A DNA stretch of 43,800 nucleotides, taken from positions 1-43,800 of the forward strand of contig CAYNLZ010000001.1 in NCBI GenBank assembly GCA_964398255.1, in the 5' to 3' direction. A model generated the notes under the pieces. That model worked only from the letters and a program-made list of their open reading frames with translations, was not told the DNA's origin and searched no databases. The position numbers and the translations under genes were made by a program. Origin of the DNA: an uncultured Dehalococcoidaceae bacterium. Lineage in GTDB: Bacteria; Chloroflexota; Dehalococcoidia; Dehalococcoidales; CSSed11-197. Positions 1-8,528 of the stretch are shown here, piece by piece; the first letter of the stretch is position 1, and each line of letters begins with the position of its first letter.

Positions 1-121
1 TATAACGTACTTGTCAACAGCCAAGGCTTTTTCGTGATTTAAGTTGATTGGATAAGCCCTGTTTAAGCCTGCATAAAAGTAATAGCCATTGAGGCTAATT
101 GCCGGAATGGAATATGTTCAG

Positions 122-150
122 TTGCCCGTGAAAGCTGGCTTGGGTATAAT
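122..150 (+). promoter_or_regulatory. putative sigma70-type promoter of tRNA-Arg
   Basis: TTGCCC (122-127), 17-nt spacer, TATAAT (145-150). The -10 ends 13 nt before the tRNA 5' end. Confidence 0.45.
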
Positions 151-163
151 TACCTGGTCGTAG

Positions 164-239
164 GCCCCAGTAGCTCAGTGGATAGAGCAGCGGTTTCCTA
201 AACCGCGTGTCGTGAGTTCGACTCTCACCTGGGGTACCA
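164..239 (+). tRNA. tRNA-Arg (anticodon CCT), CCA encoded
   Basis: Hand-folded cloverleaf. Acceptor 164-170 pairs with 229-235 (G164-T235 wobble). D stem 173-176/185-188. Anticodon stem 190-194/202-206 with loop TTCCTAA (CCT at 197-199). T stem 212-216/224-228 with loop TTCGACT. Discriminator A236, CCA 237-239. Total 76 nt. Confidence 0.9.
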
Positions 240-307
240 CTTTTTAAAGCTAAAAAGCTCGTGAGGTATAACAACCTTCGGGGTTTGATTATTATAATTA
301 CCGCCGA

Positions 308-877
308 TTATTGTTTTGAATCCAGGTCGTCCATATCCAGGTTTTCAATAAAATCGCGGAAAACACCCAAGCGCTTTTTCTCCTCCTCTGTCATTGCGCC
401 ACCCTTACCTTCAGGTTCAACTCTATCTTCCTGGTCCAATATAAACTCGTCAGTATCGGCGTCTTTTTCCATGGTGATTGCAGTTTTATCCATTACCGAT
501 TTATTAACAAAAATGCGAGCGTTCACCCTGAGTGCGAGCGCCAGGGCATCACTTGGGCGTGCATCAACCTCATGCTTTTGCCCTTTAACATCAATAATTA
601 TTTGCGAGAAGAATGAGTCACCTTCCAAAGAAGTGATTATTACGGAATCGACACTTCCTCCGAGGCCTTGGATAATAGTGTGCAACAGGTCATGAGTCAT
701 TGGCCGGGGGACTGGTTCATTCTTAAGCCGCATCAGTATAGCGCGAGCCTCATTTTGGCCGATAAATATAGGTAGATAACGCTTACTTGCTTGTTCTTTC
801 AATAGCACTACATATTGGTATTCTGGCTTCTGGCTCATCAGCCCGATTCGGACACTATCAATTTTAACTTCTATCAT
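308..877 (-). CDS. bifunctional nuclease family protein (DUF151/BFN) with acidic C-terminal tail
   Basis: 189-aa ORF with the family pattern LPIFIGQNEARAI...RPMTHDL...DARPSDALALALR. AAGGAG lies 9 nt upstream of the ATG. Confidence 0.8.
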   Translation of the reverse strand: MIEVKIDSVRIGLMSQKPEYQYVVLLKEQASKRYLPIFIGQNEARAILMRLKNEPVPRPMTHDLLHTIIQGLGGSVDSVIITSLEGDSFFSQIIIDVKGQKHEVDARPSDALALALRVNARIFVNKSVMDKTAITMEKDADTDEFILDQEDRVEPEGKGGAMTEEEKKRLGVFRDFIENLDMDDLDSKQ

Positions 878-915
878 GTTTGTAGACTCCTTACGGTATT
901 AAGCGTAATCAGGCC

Positions 916-944
916 ATTCTACTTTGGATTATAACTCCTGTCAA
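916..944 (-). promoter_or_regulatory. putative promoter of the nuclease gene
   Basis: Minus strand TTGACA (944-939), 17-nt spacer, TAGAAT (921-916), about 35 nt upstream of the ATG at 877. Confidence 0.45.
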
Positions 945-982
945 ATGTGGTTGAGCCTGCATTACGCTATTTAGTTTGTTGT

Positions 983-1693
983 TTATTTTCCACTAATCTT
1001 GATAGTTTTTATCTCGATTGGCATCTCTTTACCGGCGTCTTGCATAGCCTGTTTTGTAATTTGAACCAAAGCGTTGCAACACGGAACTTCCATTTTGGCA
1101 ATGGAAAGACTTTTTATCCCAGATTGGCTGATAATGGCGGTGAGCTTGTTACGTATTGTTGCTACGTCATCAAGCTTGGGGCAAGTAACCAATATAGGCT
1201 TTCCTTTAACCAGTTCAGCATGAAAATTCGCATAGACGAATGGTATGCAATCAGCCACCAATAAAACGTTTGCACCGTTGAGGAATGGTGCAACAGGAGG
1301 GACCAGCGCAAGCTGAACCGGCCAGTTTACCAGAGCATGGGCATCAGAGGCTTCTTGTTCGCCTATTTGAGATACAACAGGCTTGTCGACTAACGACATC
1401 AAAGCTGAAGGGCATCCACTCATTTCAAATTCTGGTGAATTCTTCTCATTTTGTATCCTTGCTTTTACTGCCTCTTCATCAAATGCGGCAGCTGGCCGCT
1501 CTTCAATGCTTATTGCACCTCTGGGGCAAACGCCGAGGCATGCTCCAAGGCCGTCGCAATATACTTCACTTACGAGTTTTGCCTTACCTTCGATTATTTG
1601 CAAAGCTCCTTCAGCACATGCGGGTATACAAGCCCCGCACCCGTCACATTTTTCTTCGTCAATAATAATGATTGGGCGTGTTGCCTTTTCCAT
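983..1693 (-). CDS. ferredoxin-domain Fe-S protein with conserved Cys-containing C-terminal domain, function unknown
   Basis: 236-aa ORF. N-terminus has CDGCGACIPAC (CxxCxxCxxxC) and CDGLGACLGVCP, where the second Cys of the second motif is replaced by Leu. C-terminal part has ADC, TCPKLDD and MEVPCC. AGGAG SD before the ATG. Confidence 0.75.
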   Translation of the reverse strand: MEKATRPIIIIDEEKCDGCGACIPACAEGALQIIEGKAKLVSEVYCDGLGACLGVCPRGAISIEERPAAAFDEEAVKARIQNEKNSPEFEMSGCPSALMSLVDKPVVSQIGEQEASDAHALVNWPVQLALVPPVAPFLNGANVLLVADCIPFVYANFHAELVKGKPILVTCPKLDDVATIRNKLTAIISQSGIKSLSIAKMEVPCCNALVQITKQAMQDAGKEMPIEIKTIKISGK

Positions 1694-1768
1694 CTTTATT
1701 TCTCCTGATTATAATCCCTCAGGGTCCTTATATTGGCGATCTATACCTGTATCCGTGATATGCTGTCT

Positions 1769-3193
1769 TTAGTTTAACTGCGATACTATTTTTAAAATTT
1801 CCCTCAACCGGTCTACTGCAGGCTGGTCACGCTCTTGGATACGTTTCATATCCTCTGTAAGGGTTGTTTCCTGCTCAATGAAATCGGTAGACAGATCTCC
1901 GGCTACAAATCTCGGGTTCTCCATTATTGCTTTATGAAGAATGATATTGGTGCTGACTCCAATGATAATATACTCATATAAAGCCCGCCTCATTCTGATA
2001 ATTGCCTCGTCACGGTCACGCCCCCAGACAACCAGCTTGGATATCATTGGATGATAATATGAGCTGATGGCACAACCATTATATATACCAGAATCTACCC
2101 TGACCCCAATACCTCCTGGTGAGCGATACGCACTTAGTTTCCCGGGGGAAGGCGTGAAATTATTGTAAGGATCTTCTGCGTTGATGCGACACTCCAGGGC
2201 CCACCCGTTTATCTTAACGTCATCCTGTGAAATAGAAAGTGGATGATCTGCCGCGATACGCAGCTGTTCTTTTACTATGTCGACACCGGTTACCATCTCA
2301 GTTACGGTGTGTTCAACCTGGATTCGAGCGTTCATTTCTATAAAATAATAATGGCCATTAGAATAGATAAACTCTACAGTCCCGGCGCCCCGATATCCTA
2401 CACTTCGAGCAAATTCAACAGCCAATTTACCCATCCTGGAGCGTTCCTCTGATGTGACAGCCGGTGAGGGTGATTCTTCAATTAGCTTATTGTGCATGCG
2501 CTGGATTGAACATTCCCGCTCGCCAAGATGCACTATATTTCCGTGGGAATCGGCTAGAATTTGCACTTCTATATGGCGTGGGTGGATCAGATATTTTTCT
2601 ATATATACAGCGCTTTTGCCGAACGCTCTGGATGCAATAGACGAGCTCATTTCCAGTGCTTTTTCGAGATCTTCTTCATTTTCTACGACCTGCATACCGA
2701 TTCCGCCACCACCATCTGCCGGCTTGATTATTATAGGATACCCGATATTTTTGATTTCATTCGCAACACATGCCAGATCCAGGCAATCGTTTATACCAGG
2801 TGTGGCTGGAATACCTGCATCGATTGCTACCTGGCGGGCGGAAGTTTTACTGCCTACCAATTCCAGTACCTGGCTGGAAGGCCCGATGAAAATAATTTCC
2901 GCTTCTTCGCAGGCTTTTGCAAACTCTGCGTTTTCTGCCAGAAATCCATATCCAGGATGGATCGCATCCGCACCGCAGGTTTTAGCAGTGTTGATAATGG
3001 CTGGTATATTCAAATAACTTTCCTTGGCAGAAGAAGGCCCGATAAAGAATGCCTCATCGGCATATTTGACGAAGAGCGAGTTTATATCTGCTTCAGAATA
3101 AATTGCTACGGTAGATATGTTGCTTTCACGCGCGGCACGCATTACTCTTATAGCAATTTCGCCACGATTTGCAACCAGAATTTTTTTAATCAT
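1769..3193 (-). CDS. accC: biotin carboxylase (acetyl-CoA or pyruvate carboxylase subunit A type)
   Basis: MIKKILVANRGEIAIRVMRAARE N-terminus, ATP-grasp core and EMNARIQVEHTVTE motif. AGGAG lies 7 nt upstream of ATG 3193. The ORF-track TTG at 3211 lies upstream of that SD. Confidence 0.9.
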   Translation of the reverse strand: MIKKILVANRGEIAIRVMRAARESNISTVAIYSEADINSLFVKYADEAFFIGPSSAKESYLNIPAIINTAKTCGADAIHPGYGFLAENAEFAKACEEAEIIFIGPSSQVLELVGSKTSARQVAIDAGIPATPGINDCLDLACVANEIKNIGYPIIIKPADGGGGIGMQVVENEEDLEKALEMSSSIASRAFGKSAVYIEKYLIHPRHIEVQILADSHGNIVHLGERECSIQRMHNKLIEESPSPAVTSEERSRMGKLAVEFARSVGYRGAGTVEFIYSNGHYYFIEMNARIQVEHTVTEMVTGVDIVKEQLRIAADHPLSISQDDVKINGWALECRINAEDPYNNFTPSPGKLSAYRSPGGIGVRVDSGIYNGCAISSYYHPMISKLVVWGRDRDEAIIRMRRALYEYIIIGVSTNIILHKAIMENPRFVAGDLSTDFIEQETTLTEDMKRIQERDQPAVDRLREILKIVSQLN

Positions 3194-3299
3194 TAAATAC
3201 TCCTGTAACAAGACTGATCAGTAGCCCCGGTTTTTATATTGTGATAATTATACGATAAAAACAGTGCGTTGTGGTAAATGAATGATTGCGTATAAGATA

Positions 3300-3620
3300 T
3301 CAGACGGTTGTCATTTCTCTGGTTAAGAAATAGCTGATAGCAGTACGAATTAAAACGATAGCAGCCAAAATTGCTATTTCTTCCAGCCCAGGATCAATTA
3401 CTGTGTTTATTACGTCAGCCCCAATTAAAAACTCAAGACCTAACAAGATATGTTGGCCTACCACGATACGAGTTTCCTTGATAGCATTCAGGTATCCTTT
3501 CTTTCTTGATCTGCCGATTTCAAGCTTTAAAAATAGAAAGAGACCTTTGGCGGCGCCCAAAGTAATGATGGCTACGCCAATAATGCTAATTGCCCGGCTT
3601 AAATACTCTAGTATTATCAT
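3300..3620 (-). CDS. DUF1622 family small membrane protein
   Basis: Pattern IIGVAIITLGAAKG...ILLGLEFLIGADVI is typical of DUF1622. ATG 3620 preferred. The ORF is open to TTG 3671. Confidence 0.65.
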   Translation of the reverse strand: MIILEYLSRAISIIGVAIITLGAAKGLFLFLKLEIGRSRKKGYLNAIKETRIVVGQHILLGLEFLIGADVINTVIDPGLEEIAILAAIVLIRTAISYFLTREMTTV

Positions 3621-3728
3621 TAATAAGCAACTCTCTTTATCAGTATCTTTAAGTTGAATCGCAAGACTCAACTGCTGTTATTATACTTTATGAGCGGGTT
3701 GTGGGCCTGGTTTTGCTTTGCGAGGCAG

Positions 3729-4067
3729 CTATCCAGGCTCCGAAGGAACGCTTGCATTGGAAATCCATTCCAAATAATCTTGATTACCACCGATAATCGG
3801 GAGGGCTATTATTTCGGGTATGTCGTAACTGTGAGCTTCTTTAACCAGTCGAACAATATCGTTGATGCGCGATACACTAGTTTTCACTATAAGCATGCTT
3901 TCTTTGTTTTGTTCAATAACCTGGTTCCACCAGAAGAGGGAATTTATTTTAGGTATTATATTTACACATGAGGTCATTTTTTGTTCGAGCAGCATCCGTG
4001 CGATAAGTTGGGATTCTTCATCCTGGGATGTGGTGATAAAGATTACGGCAAAGCCGTCTTTCGTCAT
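3729..4067 (-). CDS. cutA: divalent-cation tolerance protein CutA
   Basis: 112 aa. CutA1 pattern AVIFITT...ARMLLEQKMTSCVNIIP...SLFWW...E..LIVKT...HSYDIPEIIALPI. GGAGG SD. Confidence 0.85.
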   Translation of the reverse strand: MTKDGFAVIFITTSQDEESQLIARMLLEQKMTSCVNIIPKINSLFWWNQVIEQNKESMLIVKTSVSRINDIVRLVKEAHSYDIPEIIALPIIGGNQDYLEWISNASVPSEPG

Positions 4068-4082
4068 GTGGTACCACCTCCT

Positions 4083-4997
4083 TCAAGCAAGTTCTACCAT
4101 CCGTTTAACTGCCAGGTATGCTTGTTTTCTGATATCTTCGTTAACCGTAACCCGCCCGCTCATGTTTTGTAAAGAGCCAAGTACGTTTTCCAGGCTGGTT
4201 AATTGCATGTCTTTACATGTTGCCTTCGCGCTGGCTGGTATAAAGGTTATAGCAGGGTTCTCCTTTTTAAGGCGATAAAGCATGCCGATGTCAGTGGCTA
4301 CAATAATTACCCCGTTTTTCAAATCACGGCAATATTTTACCATGCCTCCCGTGCTGAGAACCTCGTCAGCAAGGTTAATTACTTCCATTGTGCACTCAGG
4401 ATGGGCGATGACCTTTGCGCCTGGATATTTATTTTTTTGCTTGAGAATATGGGCAGAGGTAATCTCGGCATGTACCGGGCAGTATCCTTGCCATAGGTAG
4501 AAATTTTTACCAGTTTTGGATTCGACGTATTTACCCAAATTTTGGTCTGGCACAAATATAATATCATCAGCATCCAGACTGGAAACGATTTTAATGGCAT
4601 TGGCTGATGTGCAGCAGATATCCGAAAGCGCTTTTACTGCAGCTGAAGAGTTGACATAAGTAACCACCGCATATCCAGGCAAGTTGGCTTTCAGGCGCTC
4701 AAGGGCTTCAGGGGTTACCATGTCGGCCATTGCACAGCCAGCATCTGACGCAGGTAGTAACACCGTTTTTTGCGGTGCGAGTATGTAAGCTGTTTCTGCC
4801 ATAAAATGTACGCCACAAAAAACTATGACTTCAGCCCGTGTTTCTGCTGCAAGACGACTTAGCTCTAATGAATCACCAACAAAATCGGCAACTTGATGAA
4901 TTTCAGGAGACTGGTAATTGTGGACCAGGATAACTGCCTGTCGTTTTTCTTTAATGCTTTTGATTTTATCAATAAATTCCTGACTTGAAGCAGTCAA
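4083..4997 (-). CDS. nadA: quinolinate synthase
   Basis: 304 aa. NadA pattern ILVHNYQ...GDSLELS...VFCGVHFMAETA...HPEC. TTG start with GGAGGA 6 nt upstream. The start overlaps the fdhD stop (ATTGA). Confidence 0.9.
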   Translation of the reverse strand: MTASSQEFIDKIKSIKEKRQAVILVHNYQSPEIHQVADFVGDSLELSRLAAETRAEVIVFCGVHFMAETAYILAPQKTVLLPASDAGCAMADMVTPEALERLKANLPGYAVVTYVNSSAAVKALSDICCTSANAIKIVSSLDADDIIFVPDQNLGKYVESKTGKNFYLWQGYCPVHAEITSAHILKQKNKYPGAKVIAHPECTMEVINLADEVLSTGGMVKYCRDLKNGVIIVATDIGMLYRLKKENPAITFIPASAKATCKDMQLTSLENVLGSLQNMSGRVTVNEDIRKQAYLAVKRMVELA

Positions 4998-5770
4998 TCT
5001 GTAATCCTCCAGTCATGAGAGTACACCGTTATGACATTATCGTAGGAGCGCCTTACCAAAGTTATCCCCAGATCTTTTGCCAGTGATATGCCTATATCAG
5101 TTGGCACAGCTTTAGTGAGAAGAACAGGATAGCCATGAGCTGCAACTTTTAACAGGATTTCCGAAGAAATCCTGCCAGATATTATAATCAGGTGATTTTG
5201 TGGCTCGATACCCCTGCGCAGACAGCTGCCCAAAACCTTGTCCAGCGCGTTATGCCGACCAATATCGTCTCGGCTGGCAATTATATCTTCCGGAGTAGCA
5301 ACAGCCGCTGAATGTATTCCACGGGTGCCAGAATAAACTTTCGAAGTATTCATAAATGAGCTCATAAGGCTTGTGATTTGACTGGAAGAAACAGTAAAAT
5401 TCGTATCAATATTTTTCAAAATTCTTTTCGGCGCAATTCCACTTTTACTGCCCCCGGTTGCAATTAATGGCCTTAAATATGGTGTAACTTCTAAGGTTAT
5501 TGCAGTTTCAACTGATACAACAGCTTTTTCATTATCTATATTTATAGATGTTATATCTTTAGCTTTTTTAATCAAACCTTCTGAATATAACAAGCCGAAT
5601 ACAAGATCCTCGATGTCGTTTGGGCTGGATAGAATAGTCGTCAGTCTTTCGCCATTCAGGTGCAAATCCAGTGCCAGTTCACGACATACTTGCTTTTCTA
5701 CTCTTGTTCTTCCGTGAGAGGTAAAAGCGGTTGCTGAGACTATCTTTGTTTGTTTGTTACTATCAGCCAT
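4994..5770 (-). CDS. fdhD: FdhD-family protein (formate dehydrogenase accessory sulfurtransferase homolog) lacking the CxxC loop
   Basis: FdhD signature DIGRHNALDK and overall length. ATG 5770 preferred over TTG 5809. See finding on the missing Cys pair. Confidence 0.8.
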   Translation of the reverse strand: MADSNKQTKIVSATAFTSHGRTRVEKQVCRELALDLHLNGERLTTILSSPNDIEDLVFGLLYSEGLIKKAKDITSINIDNEKAVVSVETAITLEVTPYLRPLIATGGSKSGIAPKRILKNIDTNFTVSSSQITSLMSSFMNTSKVYSGTRGIHSAAVATPEDIIASRDDIGRHNALDKVLGSCLRRGIEPQNHLIIISGRISSEILLKVAAHGYPVLLTKAVPTDIGISLAKDLGITLVRRSYDNVITVYSHDWRITD

Positions 5771-5871
5771 TTTAACACCTGCTTTTCCACTACATAGCTT
5801 GCTCTGCAATTTCTGAAGCTTTGCACAGAAGCGTTATGAAATTATCTTACAGAATTGATGGCGCTTTGTAT

Positions 5872-6654
5872 TTATGAGGCCGAAGCTTCCTTCTCCTTGG
5901 GATGCATGCGCTTCTTATATGCAAATCTGGAAAGGAATATAGAAAGTTCTAGCAGAACTATCAGGGGAATAGCCACAATACTCTGGTTAATAGGGTCTGG
6001 GGTGGGGGTGACAAAAGCGGCAATTACAAATGCCAGTACTATCCAAATCTTGCGTTTGTTTGCTAGCCATTGGGGAGAAACCACGCCGATTCGGGCTAAA
6101 AACATGATTAATACGGGCGCCTCAAAGACCAGCCCTAGTCCCAGAAGCAATCGGGTGACGACTGTCAGATAGTTAGAAATGCGTATTTGAGTTTCAGCTT
6201 GTGCGGTGAAGAAGTCTGTCAGGAAACTCAAGGCTGGGGGGAGGGCTACGAAGTAACCAAAGGCAAGGCCAGCTAGAAACATAACCACTATAAAAGGTAA
6301 TGCAGTAAATACGTAACGTTTTTCCTTGCGCGTGAGTGCAGGTGTTACGAATGCAAAAAGCTGGTAAACAAGTATCGGCATGGCCAGCACAACGCCTCCT
6401 GCAAGGCTAACCTTGAAGAAAACACTGATGTTTTCAACCAGTTCGATGGCTATCAGGTTGATATTTCCGGCTGGCTTTCTAAGGATTTCTACTATATCTT
6501 CAGCAAAATAAAAGGACACGCCGGTAGTGACCACAAGCGCGATGACGCTTTTAATTAACCTGTCCCGCATCTCTCTGAGGTGAACCATTATGGGCATTCC
6601 TTGAGTCGTGGTTGCGGTATCTTGAGATTCTGGCACTTGTTTATCCTTGGCCAT
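5872..6654 (-). CDS. tatC: twin-arginine translocase subunit TatC
   Basis: 260-aa polytopic membrane ORF with a TatC-like N-terminus (HLREMRDRLIKSVIALVV) and six hydrophobic segments. GAGG SD. Overlaps the upstream tatB-like gene by 14 nt. Confidence 0.9.
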   Translation of the reverse strand: MAKDKQVPESQDTATTTQGMPIMVHLREMRDRLIKSVIALVVTTGVSFYFAEDIVEILRKPAGNINLIAIELVENISVFFKVSLAGGVVLAMPILVYQLFAFVTPALTRKEKRYVFTALPFIVVMFLAGLAFGYFVALPPALSFLTDFFTAQAETQIRISNYLTVVTRLLLGLGLVFEAPVLIMFLARIGVVSPQWLANKRKIWIVLAFVIAAFVTPTPDPINQSIVAIPLIVLLELSIFLSRFAYKKRMHPKEKEASAS

Positions 6655-7561
6655 CGTTTACCTCTGTGGGGTTATCCTTGGGGTAATTTTGATCAGCTGC
6701 AGGCTCCGGCTTATCTGTCGTTTTAGACTTTCGCGAGCCGGTACTTGGCTTGGGTGCAGACTTTCGCGCAGGCTTCGGCTTGTCTATTGCCGCGTCTGCT
6801 TTCTTTGGTTGCGTATCAGGGATATCGTTTGCAGCATCTGTGTTAGAAGAGACATCATCAGGAATAGCTCCTGGTTCGGTGGCAGGGAAGCTACTAACCT
6901 CGGGTTCCGGCTTGTCTATCGCGGCATCTGATGCCTTTGGTTTCGCACCAACGAGTTCGCTGGTTGCGCCACTGGTAGTAGGAGTACTATCAGAAATAGC
7001 TTCTGGTTCGGTGGTAAGAGCAGTTATTACATCCTGAATATCTTCAACTTCTTGTTTAAGCCCTTTTTCTATCTCACGGCCACTTGCTGAAAGGCTGTCA
7101 GCAATCTGCTCAGCATCTTCCTTAAGAGATTCCTTGAGTTCTTTAGTTTCCTGCTTAAGCTGATCTCCTGCTTCCTGGAAGCTTTTGCCAATACCCTTGC
7201 TGATTTCCTTGGCTTCGGCTTCGAGCTCAGAAAAAATTTCACCGGTTTCCTCGTTAACAGATTCCTTCATCTGCTTGGCTTCACTCGCGACTGCTTTTTT
7301 AAGCTCGTCAGCGTCTTCATTCAAGGATTTCCTGAGCGAAGACATGTCGTCGCGCATCGATTTAAACTCGTCGGTCAGGTCTTTTATTCCCTCGTCGTCA
7401 TCCAAGCCAAGAGCTTTGCTCATTTCGCTGGTAGCGCCAGAGGTTATTTTTTTAAACTCACGATAATAACGACCGAATTGACGAGCGTACTCTGGAAGTT
7501 TTTCTGGGCCAACGACCAGAATGGCAACCAGCAGGATCATGACCAATTCCATTATGCCCAT
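6641..7561 (-). CDS. tatB: TatA/TatB-family translocase subunit with ~250-aa acidic and Pro/Lys-rich C-terminal extension (TatB-like)
   Basis: N-terminus MGIMELVMILLVAILVVGPEKLPEYAR is a TatA/B transmembrane helix plus hinge. ATG 7561 (AAGGTG SD) preferred over GTG 7570. Confidence 0.75.
   Translation of the reverse strand: MGIMELVMILLVAILVVGPEKLPEYARQFGRYYREFKKITSGATSEMSKALGLDDDEGIKDLTDEFKSMRDDMSSLRKSLNEDADELKKAVASEAKQMKESVNEETGEIFSELEAEAKEISKGIGKSFQEAGDQLKQETKELKESLKEDAEQIADSLSASGREIEKGLKQEVEDIQDVITALTTEPEAISDSTPTTSGATSELVGAKPKASDAAIDKPEPEVSSFPATEPGAIPDDVSSNTDAANDIPDTQPKKADAAIDKPKPARKSAPKPSTGSRKSKTTDKPEPAADQNYPKDNPTEVNDGQG
6771..6940 (-). repeat. internal imperfect direct repeat inside the tatB-like tail
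   Basis: GGCTTCGGCTTGTCTATTGCCGCGTCTGC (6771-) and GGGTTCCGGCTTGTCTATCGCGGCATCTGA (6902-), about 131 nt apart. They encode K(A/K)(S/A)DAAIDKP(E/K)P twice. Confidence 0.6.
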
Positions 7562-7654
7562 TAAAAACACACCTTAAAGGCATTATCTGATATAAAGCTG
7601 GTATCAATGGTGGTTAAGCAAACAAAATATTTTAATGAGGCGTACAATACCTTA

Positions 7655-7870
7655 TTAATCCAGCTTTTTAATTACCTTTTTCTTTTTCTTTACAACTTCT
7701 TCTTCGGAGCTTTCTTCGTCTCCCTCTTCCCTTTTACGGCGAAAGGTCGATACTACCTTACCGGCGCCCTTTCCAAGTAATTCCGTTACTTGAGGAAGCT
7801 TTCCTACTCCAAATACTACCAATATAATTAGTACAATAAGTCCTATTTCAAATGGACTTGGTGGTCGCAT
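7655..7870 (-). CDS. tatA: twin-arginine translocase subunit TatA (copy 2)
   Basis: [28 protein letters not shown] followed by a Lys/Glu-rich tail. GGGAGGA SD before ATG 7870. The longer ORF to 7909 has no SD. Confidence 0.85.
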   Translation of the reverse strand: MRPPSPFEIGLIVLIILVVFGVGKLPQVTELLGKGAGKVVSTFRRKREEGDEESSEEEVVKKKKKVIKKLD

Positions 7871-8026
7871 ATCTGCATCCTCCCTTATGCAATACTGGCT
7901 AATCAGCAATATTCGCCAGCTGAATCAAGTGTGCCAGTTCCGGCAGAGAAGGCGCACTCCAACGCTGCGCGTACATCTGGCTGGAAAAACTACCAGTACA
8001 GCAAGCTAGTAGACCCCTTTAGAGGG

Positions 8027-8353
8027 CTAATCCTCAGATGGAGGAGGACTCGCCTTGGCATCAGCCGCCTCTTCTTTAGCGGTTGGTTTTGCCTTATCTG
8101 ACTCCTCCTCATTTGCTGCTGATTCGTCTTCCGTGACTGGTTCAGTTTTCTTTACTGTCTTCTTGGTTGCCTTCCGTTTGGGCTTTTTCGTGGCAACAGG
8201 TTCATCATCAATATCTTCCCCCCTGGTGCCACGCTTGAACGCGTTAATACCTTTACCAAGAGCAGCTCCTACCTGGGGTAGCTTTCCAACGCCGAATACT
8301 ATCAAAACTATGAGAACTATAAGACCGATTTCAAATGGACCTGGTGGTCGCAT
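8027..8353 (-). CDS. tatA: twin-arginine translocase subunit TatA (copy 1)
   Basis: [52 protein letters not shown]. The N-terminal 26 aa are nearly identical to copy 2. Confidence 0.85.
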   Translation of the reverse strand: MRPPGPFEIGLIVLIVLIVFGVGKLPQVGAALGKGINAFKRGTRGEDIDDEPVATKKPKRKATKKTVKKTEPVTEDESAANEEESDKAKPTAKEEAADAKASPPPSED

Positions 8354-8452
8354 ACTGATCCCCTCCCATTAAGATTACTTCTCAATGATACCTATACAAT
8401 GTTACCATTATTCAGGAAATGAAGATTGAAAAACAACCAAGTAACATTTTTC

Positions 8453-8481
8453 ATGATACACTAACATAATTACGATGTCAA
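8453..8481 (-). promoter_or_regulatory. putative promoter of the tat gene array
   Basis: Minus strand TTGACA (8481-8476), 17-nt spacer, TATCAT (8458-8453), about 95 nt upstream of tatA copy 1. Confidence 0.35.
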
Positions 8482-8528
8482 TCAGGCGTATTTACTGGTA
8501 ACTGTCAACTCTTGGCAGGCAGTGAATA

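Noticed and set aside
2561-3196. A 211-aa + strand ORF antisense to accC. ORFs 2243-2452 and 2454-3017 are similar.
   Set aside because: These are shadow ORFs within a strongly supported gene. They have low-complexity, Cys/Phe-rich translations and no SD.
240-3300. A genomic island integrated at tRNA-Arg.
   Set aside because: There is no integrase, no direct repeat of the tRNA 3' end, and no compositional break. The downstream genes are ordinary metabolic genes.
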